Shown piece after piece: positions 47,331-57,122 of a stretch of 64,000 bases of DNA. The stretch is from Minisyncoccota bacterium (GTDB lineage: Bacteria > Patescibacteriota > Minisyncoccia > Phycocordibacterales > UBA5272), in the NCBI GenBank assembly GCA_046350775.1, contig JAXLZS010000001.1, forward strand, positions 223,930 to 287,929, in the 5' to 3' direction. Position 1 is the first letter of the stretch. The number at the start of each line of letters is the position of its first letter. The translations under genes were made by a program, and so were the position numbers. Below the pieces are notes generated by a model. The model worked only from the letters and a program-made list of their open reading frames with translations, had not been told where the DNA came from and ran no database searches.

Positions 47331-48233
47331 TTATATTTTTTCTATGACACGAAGTTTTGCACTTCTAGATCTTGGATTTTCTTTTATTTCTTGCCTGCTA
47401 GGCTCTAAAAAATCTTTTTTATTTTCAAATTTTATTAATTTAATTTTATCCTTATTGCTTCTAACTACATTTTTTACCACCCTATCTTCACCAGAATGGA
47501 AAGTTAAAATACTAGCCCTCCCCTTTTCATTTAAAATATTTGGCAAACAAGATAGCAAATCCTCTTCAGCCTTTATCTCATCATTGACAGTGATGCGCAA
47601 AGCCTGAAAAGTCTTGGTAGCAAAATGAGTTTTTCCATGTTTATATTTTTCTGGCACAGATTGAGAGATTATGTCCACTAGATCAAATGTAGTTTTTATC
47701 TCTTTCTTTTTTCTAAATTCGCAGATATTTTTAGCTATTCTTCTAGCATATTTTTCATCGCCATAATAAAATATGATGTCTGCCAAATTTTCTTCTCCCC
47801 AGTTGTTTACTATTTTTTTAGCAGTCAAAGTATTTTTAGAAACTTTATCAGATAATGTCATGAGAAGAGGCTCATCTTTTTGAAAAGTAAATCCTCTACC
47901 TGAGTCGTCTATTTCTTGAGAAGATACGCCGAGATCCGCCATGATAGCATCTACCTTTTTACCTCTTAAAATAGTTTCTAGATTTCGAAAATTATCATTT
48001 ATATAAAATATTTTCGGTATTTTATCTCCAGATAATTCTTTTTCTAAAAATGTTTTAGCCTCTTTGAGAGCTTGATTGTCTAAATCTAGACAGAATAGAG
48101 TCCCTGCCTTTCCAATTTTTTTTGCAATTTCTAGTGAGTGTCCGGCTCTATTTGTAGTACAGTCGACTACTGTATCGCCAGCTTTCAAATTAAGACTTTC
48201 TACACTCTCTTTTAACAAGATTGGAATATGCAT
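47331..48233 (-). CDS. rsmH: 16S rRNA m4C1402 methyltransferase
   Basis: MHIPILL.E, DLGVSS.EID..GRGF.F, ATKTFQALRI.VNDE, FHSGEDR.VK, NPRSRSAKLR. Confidence 0.96.
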   Translation of the reverse strand: MHIPILLKESVESLNLKAGDTVVDCTTNRAGHSLEIAKKIGKAGTLFCLDLDNQALKEAKTFLEKELSGDKIPKIFYINDNFRNLETILRGKKVDAIMADLGVSSQEIDDSGRGFTFQKDEPLLMTLSDKVSKNTLTAKKIVNNWGEENLADIIFYYGDEKYARRIAKNICEFRKKKEIKTTFDLVDIISQSVPEKYKHGKTHFATKTFQALRITVNDEIKAEEDLLSCLPNILNEKGRASILTFHSGEDRVVKNVVRSNKDKIKLIKFENKKDFLEPSRQEIKENPRSRSAKLRVIEKI

Positions 48234-48237
48234 ATTT

Positions 48238-48672
48238 TTACAACACACCTAAGTCAGAAAGTTTTGAAGCGACAGAATCAGCATCTTTATTATTTGATTT
48301 AGAATACTTTTCCCATTCTTCTTCACTCCAGACTTCTACACGTGAATGCATACCTACAAGTACTGCTTTCTTTTTTATATCAGCAAAAGATTTTAGCTGA
48401 TCAGTGATCAAGATTCTTCCCACGGAATCAAGATCTGTATCAAAAGCATTTGAAAGCATAAAGCGAGTAAAACTACGAGTATCTTTATTTGTGAAAGATA
48501 GAGAAGATAATTTCTCTGCTATTTTTTGCCATTCTTTTAAACTAAAAACAAAGAGCGACTTATCGAGACCACTAGTCACGACGACTTTCTTACCAAGAAC
48601 ACTACGCCATTTTGATGGAATAGAAATTCTTTTTTTGTCATCGAGTTGATGAATATAGTGGCCAATAAGCAT
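48238..48672 (-). CDS. mraZ: Transcriptional regulator MraZ
   Basis: MLIGHY.HQLDDKKRISIP, DSVGRILI, EVWS...W. Confidence 0.95.
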   Translation of the reverse strand: MLIGHYIHQLDDKKRISIPSKWRSVLGKKVVVTSGLDKSLFVFSLKEWQKIAEKLSSLSFTNKDTRSFTRFMLSNAFDTDLDSVGRILITDQLKSFADIKKKAVLVGMHSRVEVWSEEEWEKYSKSNNKDADSVASKLSDLGVL

Positions 48673-48696
48673 AAAATTAAAACTGGTAACGATATC

Positions 48697-48732
48697 TCCC
48701 ACAATATCCCACCTTCACCCATTATATACCAC
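48697..48732 (-). promoter_or_regulatory. MraZ-binding direct repeats
   Basis: Minus strand reads GTGGt-atataa-TGGG-tgaag-GTGGG-atatt-GTGGG: TGG(G) with 10-nt period, overlapping the -10 of mraZ. Confidence 0.8.
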
Positions 48733-48796
48733 TTATTTTTTTGTGACAAGAAAAAACACCGCCTCACTTGTGGAAAACGGTGTAAATCGATTTAAA

Positions 48797-49324
48797 TTAT
48801 GGAGTATGGTTGTAATTGTACCAACAACTAAACCAAATATCACCACTATCTTTTGGATTACCTTGATATCCTATATGAAGTCTTGGAATATAAGATTTGA
48901 TTTCATATTCCAAAGCCTCCATTAGTTCTCGATCAGGTTGTCCATCTGATCCGGTCAAATGAAAATTATTTGCTACCAATATTTCTTCATCTATAAAAAG
49001 AGAGAAACAATTGTTCCCAGATAGATCTGAAATTTGACCTAATGTTTTTAATAAAACAACATCTATTAAAGATCTGGAAAATCTTTCTCCAAAATCAGAA
49101 GAATGATGTGTCGGCAAATTTAAAAACTTTTTGAGATTTTCATTCTTTCCAAAATCAAGAAAGATTTCTTTTTTGAGAATTTCTAAAGCTTTTGAAAATG
49201 CCTGATCAGTTGGGGTTACAGCAAGAATAATTTCTTCAAATACTGTATAAACTTTTGCAAGCAATGGATCTTTGTCTGTGATTCTTTTTATTTGTAACAG
49301 ACGATTTTCATGTTTATTCATCAT
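48797..49324 (-). CDS. Orphan hypothetical protein
   Basis: Likely start MMNKHENR at 49324; the track's upstream extension overlaps the promoter TTGACT ~49396. Terminator ~48755-48783. Confidence 0.6.
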   Translation of the reverse strand: MMNKHENRLLQIKRITDKDPLLAKVYTVFEEIILAVTPTDQAFSKALEILKKEIFLDFGKNENLKKFLNLPTHHSSDFGERFSRSLIDVVLLKTLGQISDLSGNNCFSLFIDEEILVANNFHLTGSDGQPDRELMEALEYEIKSYIPRLHIGYQGNPKDSGDIWFSCWYNYNHTP

Positions 49325-49407
49325 TATAGAATTTGATTGATTGTGAAAAATGTACAATACCAAACTTATCCTACGATAAATATAAAAATAAGTCAATAAA
49401 AGGAAAA

Positions 49408-50868
49408 TTACTTTTTCTCCTTTACAAGTGGAAACATAATTGTCTCTCGAAGTGGGAGTCCAGCTAAAAATGCAAACAATCTATCACCAAATCCAAACCC
49501 ACATGTTGGCGGCATACCATGCTCGAGCATCTCTACAAATTCATAATCAGGCATCATCGCCTCCTCATCACCACCTTCAAGCATTTCTCTTTGTTTTTCA
49601 AAATTTTCTTTTTGAAGAATAGGATTATTTAATTCACTATATCCATTTCCAATCTCAGATCCAGCGAGTATTGGCTGAAATCTTTGCGCGGTCTTGCCGT
49701 CAGGATTTGGCTTTGCAAGTGGCACTATGATGAGTGGAGGATTCACAACAAAAGCTGGACCGGAGATATTTTTACGACAATATTTCCAAAGAGTATCTAA
49801 AAGTCGTTCTCTGTTTTCTCCGTCATATTTTACTTTCAATTCTTCTAATTTATTTTTAATCTCTACATCTGTCGCTGTCCAAATATCAATCTCAGTTTGC
49901 TTTTTGATCTCGTCTGCATATTGTATCTCAGCCCATTCATCAGCCAGATCAAAAGTGAATCCTTTCATTTCAAATTTTGTTTTTCCAAAGACTTCTATAG
50001 CTATTTTTCTATAAAGATCTTTTACGATTTTCATACCATCTTTATAATCAGCATATCCAAGATAAAATTCGCAATTAGTAAATTCTTGAAGATGCTCTGG
50101 ACTTGAGCCTTCATTTCTATAAGCTCTACCAATCTCATATGTTCCAGCATAGCCTGCTGCCATGAGTCTTTTTTGCCATAATTCTCCGACACATATACGC
50201 ATGTATACATCCATATCATAATCATTATGATATGTCTTGAATGGTCTCGCCTCTGCTCCGCCTGTTGTGGCTTCGATAGTTGGAGTCTCTACTTCGAGCA
50301 TTCCTTTTTCGTTCAAAAATTCACGAACAACTTTCCAAAATTTAGCTTTTTTATAAAATAATTCTCTCAAATCCTTGTTTGTCAAAATATCAAGGTATCT
50401 CATTCTCATTTTCAATTCTTCATTTTCTAGACCGTGATATTTGTCCGGGAGAGGAAGAAGTGACTTTGTTAAAATCTTTATCTTTTTGACCAAAAGACTT
50501 TTTTGTCCTGTTTTACTTAAAAATCTTTCCCCTTCCACCTCTACAAAGTCACCAATATCAAGATATTCATTATAAAAATCAAACACTTCACTTGGAGACT
50601 CTGGATTTTTTATAATACATTGTACTTTACTATACTCATTTAGTTCGGCTGATCCATCAAAAAGATCAAAGAAGATGAGATTACCTTGTCCACGAGAAGA
50701 CATTATACGTCCAGCTAAAATAGTAGATTCAATATTTTCAAAATTTTCTAGAAAATTTTTTACAGAATCTTTCCTGTCAGAATGTGCTGTAAAAGGATCA
50801 AAGCCGGCCTCTTTTAGCTTTTTTAATTTTTTAAGTCTCTCTTCTTTTAATTCTAAAATAGATGTCAT
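49408..50868 (-). CDS. lysS: Lysine--tRNA ligase (class II)
   Basis: AGRIMS.R.QG, LPLPDKYHGL, RYLD, GGAEARPF.T, YRNEG, ELNNP, GMPPTCG.G.G.R. Confidence 0.96.
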   Translation of the reverse strand: MTSILELKEERLKKLKKLKEAGFDPFTAHSDRKDSVKNFLENFENIESTILAGRIMSSRGQGNLIFFDLFDGSAELNEYSKVQCIIKNPESPSEVFDFYNEYLDIGDFVEVEGERFLSKTGQKSLLVKKIKILTKSLLPLPDKYHGLENEELKMRMRYLDILTNKDLRELFYKKAKFWKVVREFLNEKGMLEVETPTIEATTGGAEARPFKTYHNDYDMDVYMRICVGELWQKRLMAAGYAGTYEIGRAYRNEGSSPEHLQEFTNCEFYLGYADYKDGMKIVKDLYRKIAIEVFGKTKFEMKGFTFDLADEWAEIQYADEIKKQTEIDIWTATDVEIKNKLEELKVKYDGENRERLLDTLWKYCRKNISGPAFVVNPPLIIVPLAKPNPDGKTAQRFQPILAGSEIGNGYSELNNPILQKENFEKQREMLEGGDEEAMMPDYEFVEMLEHGMPPTCGFGFGDRLFAFLAGLPLRETIMFPLVKEKK

Positions 50869-50981
50869 AAATATATAAATAATTATAGACATTATAATGT
50901 ATTTTTATTCAAAATCAAAGAAAAATCCCAATTACTATTTAATTGGGATTTTTTATTTATATGTGTGAGAGAGATATATAG

Positions 50982-51455
50982 CTAATCTACTTTCTCAATA
51001 ATATAAGAGACTTCACCTTTTGGAGTCATGAAAGTGACTTTGTCACCAGCATGCTTTCCTATTAAAGCCATACCTAATGGAGATTCATTAGAGACCTTTC
51101 CATTTATCAAATCCACCTCTTCTGATCCGACTATAGTAAAAGTATTTATTTCATTATTTTCTAATTTTTTAACGACAACTGTAGAGCCTACAAATATACC
51201 GTTTTCTGTATGATGAGCATTAGCTATGACAGCATTTTGTAAAATATTTTCTAACTCTAAAATTCTAGCTTCACAACGAGCCTGATCATCTCTAGCTTGA
51301 GAATATTCAGCGTTTTCTGCAAGATCTCCAAGAGACTTTGCCCATTCGATAGCACTAGCTATCTCTTTTCTTCTAACTGTCTTTAAATTTTCAAGCTCAC
51401 TTTCAAGCTCGATTTTCTTTTCATTGGTCAAATACTCTTTTACTTCTTTTGCCAT
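50982..51455 (-). CDS. greA: Transcription elongation factor GreA
   Basis: GDLAENAEY..A, IVGSEE, SNESPLG.ALIG. Confidence 0.95.
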   Translation of the reverse strand: MAKEVKEYLTNEKKIELESELENLKTVRRKEIASAIEWAKSLGDLAENAEYSQARDDQARCEARILELENILQNAVIANAHHTENGIFVGSTVVVKKLENNEINTFTIVGSEEVDLINGKVSNESPLGMALIGKHAGDKVTFMTPKGEVSYIIEKVD

Positions 51456-51535
51456 AATTTTTTGGAAATATTTTTTAATTAATAAATCAATACTAACATA
51501 ATTTTTACCATTTGTTAATATTGATATTTTTTATT

Positions 51536-53296
51536 TTATTTTAGATAATTATCCTTATTTTCCGCAATATAATCTAAGACCGACTTCATAGCTTCTACAG
51601 CTCCTGAAGAGTTTGTAAGTTTTCCATTCTCCATGATCACAGTAAAGGCATATTTTGGGTTTTCATAAGGAAAATATCCAGTAATCAAAGAATTTACTTT
51701 TCCTTTAACAACACCGAGCTCGGCCGTACCTGATTTTGCAGCAATCCTTAATTCTGGAACGTTCAACCTTGTAGCCGATCCACCAGGCAAAACTACACCC
51801 CTCATACCTTCTTGCACATATTTTAAGGCTGTCTTATTAAGACCAAGATCTACGACTGGCCATACTTTATTATTATACTCATTTACCAAATTAGAATTAT
51901 AATTCTCATCACTAGAAGAGGCTGATAAAAATACATGTGGTGTAACAAGTTTTCCACCGTTAGCTATTGAGGCAATATATCTAATGAGCTCTATAGGAGT
52001 AACTTGAAATCCATATTGACCAATAGATGTGTGATAAGTATTTCCAAGGGTCCAATCACCGTCCACAAAATTTATTCTTTTCCAGTCTGGAGTAGGTATC
52101 ACACCTGTAGCTTCGCTTGGTAAGTCTATACCCGTAGTAGAAGCTAAACCAAAAAGTCTTGCATAATTATCTATCCTTGTAATACCAAGCCCTGGCTGAT
52201 CCTGATATCCACCACCAACTTGATAAAAATACTCATCTGAAGATTCTGCCACTGCTCTGACCACATTTATCCAGCCATGTATTTTCCAATCTTTAAAAAC
52301 AGTATCTGGACCACCATATCTGTTTTTTATAACTATCTGACCAGTTGATAAAATATTTTTATCAGGAGAAATCACTTTCTCATTGAGAGCAGCATACGCC
52401 ATAAATGGTTTTACTACTGAACCAGGAGTAAAAAGTCCTGCCACTGGCCTATTTAAAAATGGGGTCCTTTTATCTTTCAATAAAGATAAAATCTTTTGAT
52501 TATCAGCTGTGCCAGTAGCATTTGTCATAAGATTATTATCATATTGGGGAAATGTAGTGATGGCCAATATCTCACCATTATTTACATCCATTATAATTCC
52601 GGTACCAGAAACATATCCATGATTATTTACCACATCACGAATAGAGTTAAACATTTTCTTTTGTAGATTTGCATCGATTGATAAATTAAGATTTGCTCCA
52701 GGTATTGGCTTAATAATAATATTTTCAGATTCAACTGAAGATTTTACATCTTTTTCTGTGATTTTCTTGCCATTTACTCCAGAAAGTAAATCTTGATAAA
52801 TTAATTCAACGCCATCTTTTCCAATATAATTATCTTGCCAATAATTTTTTAAATTATCCGCTTTTGGATAAGATATGTATCCTAAAAGATTTGAAAACCC
52901 TAAATCAGAAATATATTCTCTTTTGAATATATAAGAAGATGTTGATACTATATTGCTAGCTAAAATATTTCCATTTCTATCAAAAATTTCACCCCTGTTT
53001 GCTAAGATTAGATCAGTATTGTATCTATTATTGTCCGCCTTATCTTTATAGGTAGAATAATTTTTTATCTGCAAATTGTAGAGCTGACCAATAAAAACCA
53101 AAAAAATTACCGCAATTAAAAAAGATGGAGCCAAATCTGCTGTCCTAGATATGGGTTTATCAAGAGTACCTTCCATTCTGTCTAAATCTAGACCGGCCAA
53201 ATTTGAAGAATCTAGAAATATATCTTCAGGATCTATTTCCTGACCATGCTTTTTATTAATTTTTTTTATTATTCTATTAAAATAATTTTTTACCAT
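51536..53296 (-). CDS. mrdA: Penicillin-binding protein 2
   Basis: RGEIFDRNG, PGSVVKP (SxxK), SSD.YFY, KSGTAE; downstream of mreBC. Confidence 0.9.
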   Translation of the reverse strand: MVKNYFNRIIKKINKKHGQEIDPEDIFLDSSNLAGLDLDRMEGTLDKPISRTADLAPSFLIAVIFLVFIGQLYNLQIKNYSTYKDKADNNRYNTDLILANRGEIFDRNGNILASNIVSTSSYIFKREYISDLGFSNLLGYISYPKADNLKNYWQDNYIGKDGVELIYQDLLSGVNGKKITEKDVKSSVESENIIIKPIPGANLNLSIDANLQKKMFNSIRDVVNNHGYVSGTGIIMDVNNGEILAITTFPQYDNNLMTNATGTADNQKILSLLKDKRTPFLNRPVAGLFTPGSVVKPFMAYAALNEKVISPDKNILSTGQIVIKNRYGGPDTVFKDWKIHGWINVVRAVAESSDEYFYQVGGGYQDQPGLGITRIDNYARLFGLASTTGIDLPSEATGVIPTPDWKRINFVDGDWTLGNTYHTSIGQYGFQVTPIELIRYIASIANGGKLVTPHVFLSASSSDENYNSNLVNEYNNKVWPVVDLGLNKTALKYVQEGMRGVVLPGGSATRLNVPELRIAAKSGTAELGVVKGKVNSLITGYFPYENPKYAFTVIMENGKLTNSSGAVEAMKSVLDYIAENKDNYLK

Positions 53297-53305
53297 ATTT
53301 TATTA

Positions 53306-53482
53306 TTATCTAAGGTATGGACTTAAAAATCTGAACGACATAAATATTATAAAATAAATCGTAGTTAGAGTTGGAAAATTGTTTGTGGAAAGTGAAATAT
53401 CAAAAAATAAACAAAAAATAAATAAAAATATTAAAAATAAAATTAGAATTATTTTTGAGATGTAAGGTTTTATATATTTCAT
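53306..53482 (-). CDS. 58-aa membrane protein at the mreD position
   Basis: Translated by hand: MKYIKPYISKIILILFLIFLFIFCLFFDISLSTNNFPTLTTIYFIIFMSFRFLSPYLR. Fills the mreC-mrdA gap with 7-9 nt spacers. Confidence 0.55.
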   Translation of the reverse strand: MKYIKPYISKIILILFLIFLFIFCLFFDISLSTNNFPTLTTIYFIIFMSFRFLSPYLR

Positions 53483-53489
53483 ATATTTC

Positions 53490-54419
53490 TTATTTATGGA
53501 CTATATAGTAGTCATCATTTATCCTGGTATTATAATATCCTCTAATAAAAATCTTTTGATAAAAAGAAGCTTCTTCATTTTCAACTTTTACGACTTCTCC
53601 GAGAGCTTTACTTTCATCACTCGCCAGATATATGACTGTACCAGTAGAGACTTTTATATTATCAGGCAGAGACACAAAAAAATCTCCACTACCATTTCCA
53701 TAAATATCAATAATGATATTGCGAGATGTGGCTGAGATTCTGATATCATTATTAGAATTAAAAATAGTAGAAGAAGAAAAAGATAAAGTAGAAGAGCTGT
53801 TATCAATAGACGTAGAAGTAGAAGTGCTGCCAACTCCTGTTTGAGGTTTTGGCAGGACAGAGTCATCACGACTCGCTTTCAAGACGGCTTCTATTTTATT
53901 TTTATTTCTAGAATAGAGAGACATGAGGGAAGTGTTACTATTAATACTCTCTATTTGGCCTATGAGCTTATTTGGATAAATAAATACCATATCTCCTTTT
54001 TCCACTCCGTTTAAAAATCCTTTATTTAAAAGGACAGTATCATATATAGAAGTAAAATCAGAAAATATTTTTTTTGCGATTATTGGACCATTCTTAAGAA
54101 CGACATTATTTGTTGAAGTGGTTGAGGAATCTACAAGGGATCCGTATTGTTCTTTTTGGATCTGAGACTTTAAATATTCTATTTCGGCTTCAAGAGATCG
54201 TCTTGAGACGAAATATTTTTTAATGCCAGAAAAAAAACCAGTAAAAGAATTAGCTGTCTTGTCTATCGAATATAAAAATGAATTTGGTGTATTCATCACA
54301 TTTTCATCTTTTGAGACACTATAATTAAACCAAGACTTTATACTAGAAAAAGATATTAAAAATATTATAAAAACAATTATAAAAATAATGTTTGTCTTAT
54401 AATATTTTTTTTTAATCAT
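53490..54419 (-). CDS. mreC: Rod shape-determining protein MreC (divergent)
   Basis: TM plus coiled coil, D..LLNKG..NGVEKG..V, LIGQI..., GEV; between mreB and mrdA. Confidence 0.8.
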   Translation of the reverse strand: MIKKKYYKTNIIFIIVFIIFLISFSSIKSWFNYSVSKDENVMNTPNSFLYSIDKTANSFTGFFSGIKKYFVSRRSLEAEIEYLKSQIQKEQYGSLVDSSTTSTNNVVLKNGPIIAKKIFSDFTSIYDTVLLNKGFLNGVEKGDMVFIYPNKLIGQIESINSNTSLMSLYSRNKNKIEAVLKASRDDSVLPKPQTGVGSTSTSTSIDNSSSTLSFSSSTIFNSNNDIRISATSRNIIIDIYGNGSGDFFVSLPDNIKVSTGTVIYLASDESKALGEVVKVENEEASFYQKIFIRGYYNTRINDDYYIVHK

Positions 54420-54423
54420 AAAA

Positions 54424-55482
54424 TTATTTTACAAATGATACATCTTTGGAATTTTTTATTAGAAGTTCATCAAATCTTTCAATATTATTTAGTATTACTC
54501 CACACCCAGCTGCCACATCTACCAGAGCGTGAGGAGAGATGATAGTCTTTACTTTTAATTGGGCTTCAAAAAGCTTGTCTATATTTTTAATAAGAGCTCC
54601 ACCCCCTGTCATTATTATCCCATCTCTCAAAATATCTCCAAGTACCTCTGGTGGTGCCAATTCTAACAATTCTTTTGTGGCATCTATGATTGCGATAAGA
54701 CTAGGGTACATAGCTTCACGTATATCCGCATCATTTATAACAATCTCTTTTGGAAGACCTGTCACCAAATCACGACCTTTGACTGACATATCATGCACAT
54801 CATGAATATTATCAGGAAGAGCGCTACCGATTTCTATTTTTATTTCTTCCGCTGTTTTTTCACCTATTAATACTTTGTATTGAGATTTTATATATGAGAC
54901 TATATCTTGATTCATTTTATCTCCTGCTATTTTTAAAGATTTTCTTAAGACTATCCCAGAAAGAGAAAGTATGGCGATATCAGACGTACCTCCACCAATG
55001 TCTACTATCAGAGATCCTGTAGGAGTATGAACTGATAATCCCATACCTATAGCTGCTGCGGCTGGCTCTTCTATAATAAATACTTCTCTAGCTCCAGCTG
55101 ATATAGCAGCATCTTCTACAGCTCTGATTTCTACATCCGTGATACCGATAGGAATACCAACTACGACTCTAGGACCTAGAAACTTTTTATTTAAACTATT
55201 AGCTTTATTTATAAGGTAAGATAAAAATTCTTCCGTCACTTCATAATCTGATATCACTCCATCTATTATAGGACGGACTACTTTGATATGCTCTGGAGTG
55301 CGACCCATCATGTTTTTTGCTTCTCTTCCGAGAGCTACTATCTTACTAGTTTTATTATTGATAGCGACAACAGATGGCTCATTGATCACAATACCCTTTC
55401 CAGACAAAGAAACAAGAGTATTGGTGGTACCCAAATCAATCCCAATATCATTGGAAAATCTGTTAAATAATTTTTTAAACAT
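54424..55482 (-). CDS. mreB: Rod shape-determining protein MreB
   Basis: IGIDLGTTNT, NEPSVVA, EEP.AAAIG, DIGGGTSD, TGGGAL. Confidence 0.97.
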   Translation of the reverse strand: MFKKLFNRFSNDIGIDLGTTNTLVSLSGKGIVINEPSVVAINNKTSKIVALGREAKNMMGRTPEHIKVVRPIIDGVISDYEVTEEFLSYLINKANSLNKKFLGPRVVVGIPIGITDVEIRAVEDAAISAGAREVFIIEEPAAAAIGMGLSVHTPTGSLIVDIGGGTSDIAILSLSGIVLRKSLKIAGDKMNQDIVSYIKSQYKVLIGEKTAEEIKIEIGSALPDNIHDVHDMSVKGRDLVTGLPKEIVINDADIREAMYPSLIAIIDATKELLELAPPEVLGDILRDGIIMTGGGALIKNIDKLFEAQLKVKTIISPHALVDVAAGCGVILNNIERFDELLIKNSKDVSFVK

Positions 55483-55576
55483 TGCTATATATTACCATAA
55501 AATAAACTGTCTACAAAACTAAAATATAGCAGATATTATAGTGTTATAATCTGTATATTAATAAATATTAAACAAT

Positions 55577-56023
55577 ATGATATTAGATTTTATAGGATTA
55601 TTTGTATTACTTGCTGGATTTGTTATTGGACTTGGTGCTGTGACAGTGATTGATATTCACGGATTCTTGGGAAGAAAATCTGGTTATTGGACAGAGGCTA
55701 CTACCAGGACCCACAAAGTCACAAAGCCTATGATTTGGATTGGGATTTTTCTTGTGATTATCGGTGAACAGATTTTCTTTAGAAATCATTCTTTTTCTGG
55801 AATATTGCTCTATCTCACAATAGTTTCTATAGTACTAATAATAAATGGATTTTTTCTTTCATTTTCTGTGAGTCCATATATGCTTGAAAGAGAAAGACAA
55901 GGAAAGCAAGCTGAACTTTTACCACAAAAATGGCAAAATAAAATAATGATTAGCCTTTTGTTTTCTGATTTTGGCTGGTGGAGTTCGCTTGTTGTGATAG
56001 TTTGGTATTTGGTTTTGAAATAG
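55577..56023 (+). CDS. Hypothetical 4-TM membrane protein
   Basis: 148 aa with four hydrophobic segments. Confidence 0.75.
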   Translation: MILDFIGLFVLLAGFVIGLGAVTVIDIHGFLGRKSGYWTEATTRTHKVTKPMIWIGIFLVIIGEQIFFRNHSFSGILLYLTIVSIVLIINGFFLSFSVSPYMLERERQGKQAELLPQKWQNKIMISLLFSDFGWWSSLVVIVWYLVLK

Positions 56024-56028
56024 ATATT

Positions 56029-56652
56029 TTAAATATTTCTAACATTCCAAAGTTTTTCCAGATTTTCTACAGTCAATTCCTCTTCCATTCTTTTTTTATA
56101 ATATTCTTTTAATTCTTTGTTAAGATGGCTAAACGACCATCGATGTAACCAAATTTGGTTTTCAATATCTTTTTTTACGTCTTCTATTGAAAAAGTAATT
56201 TCATTAAAATCTATAAATATAATACGACCGTCCAAAACTCCACAATTCACTGTAAAATTAAAAGATATTTCTGAAAATCCAAACTCCCAAGACTTTTTAA
56301 TTAGTTCTATATAATTGTCTAAAACCATTTTTAGATCATGAATACCATATTTCTTTAAAATCTTTTTTACTATCAAAACTTTGTCCTGTTCGTAATTTAT
56401 AGAACCATCAAAAAAATTAGGATTACCTATTAAGGATAGATCTTTTAAAATTTTTACCAGTTTTTTATATTTTAATTCTGTAATTTTAATATTTTTCTTT
56501 GTATTGATATATTCCCTAATAAAATCTGGATTAAAGGATCTGGAAATTAATATAAATAAAAAAATCCTAAAATTACTCTTTAATTTCTTAAACACTCTAC
56601 CATTACCAATATCGTACACATTGTAATAATATCCTTCGCCTATTTTTTTCAT
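56029..56652 (-). CDS. Hypothetical protein with protein-kinase-like fold motifs
   Basis: IGEGYYYNVY...VFKK (Gly loop plus Lys), NCGV...IIFIDFNE. Likely start MKKIGEG. Confidence 0.5.
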   Translation of the reverse strand: MKKIGEGYYYNVYDIGNGRVFKKLKSNFRIFLFILISRSFNPDFIREYINTKKNIKITELKYKKLVKILKDLSLIGNPNFFDGSINYEQDKVLIVKKILKKYGIHDLKMVLDNYIELIKKSWEFGFSEISFNFTVNCGVLDGRIIFIDFNEITFSIEDVKKDIENQIWLHRWSFSHLNKELKEYYKKRMEEELTVENLEKLWNVRNI

Positions 56653-56697
56653 ATATAAATATAATAGCACTTATGACAATTAAAAAACACTTATTTG

Positions 56698-57060
56698 TCA
56701 CTTAATCAATGTTCCTTGATGGAAAAACATTTTCCATGTTCCTTTTTCTTTTCTCCAGATTGAAGTTCTTAATGAAGTAGCTTTTTCTGTATCATTAATA
56801 ACTTTTTCTGTTTTAAAATTTGTCACGACAACATCCTCTGATAAGATTTTAATTTCAAAATTACTGACAATATACTCAGTTTTGTTTGTTTCTGCTGGCA
56901 ATCTATTTAAAATATCTTGCTTAGTATAAATTAGGCCAGAACTTCCAAATTCTCTAAAATCATCAGTGAGTAAATTATTCAACATTTCCACAGAACTTCT
57001 TATTTCTGGTTTAAGTAATGATGTTTCTAATTCGTAAATTGTATTATATATCTCATTCAT
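56698..57060 (-). CDS. DUF4440 / NTF2-like protein
   Basis: LE..LL.P..R, LL.DDFREFGSSG, LRTSIW....W.M.FHQGT. Confidence 0.85.
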   Translation of the reverse strand: MNEIYNTIYELETSLLKPEIRSSVEMLNNLLTDDFREFGSSGLIYTKQDILNRLPAETNKTEYIVSNFEIKILSEDVVVTNFKTEKVINDTEKATSLRTSIWRKEKGTWKMFFHQGTLIK

Positions 57061-57122
57061 AATTTAATTATATCATTTTGATAATAATTAAAAAAAATTA
57101 GTCAAATTGGTTTCAAGGTAAA

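Noticed and set aside
35035-49370. Bacteroidota-type TAnnTTTG promoter elements at ~35035 (+), ~39390 (-) and ~49370 (-)
   Set aside because: Spacing to a -33 TTTG is not consistent, most cassettes lack the element, and it is expected by chance at this AT content.
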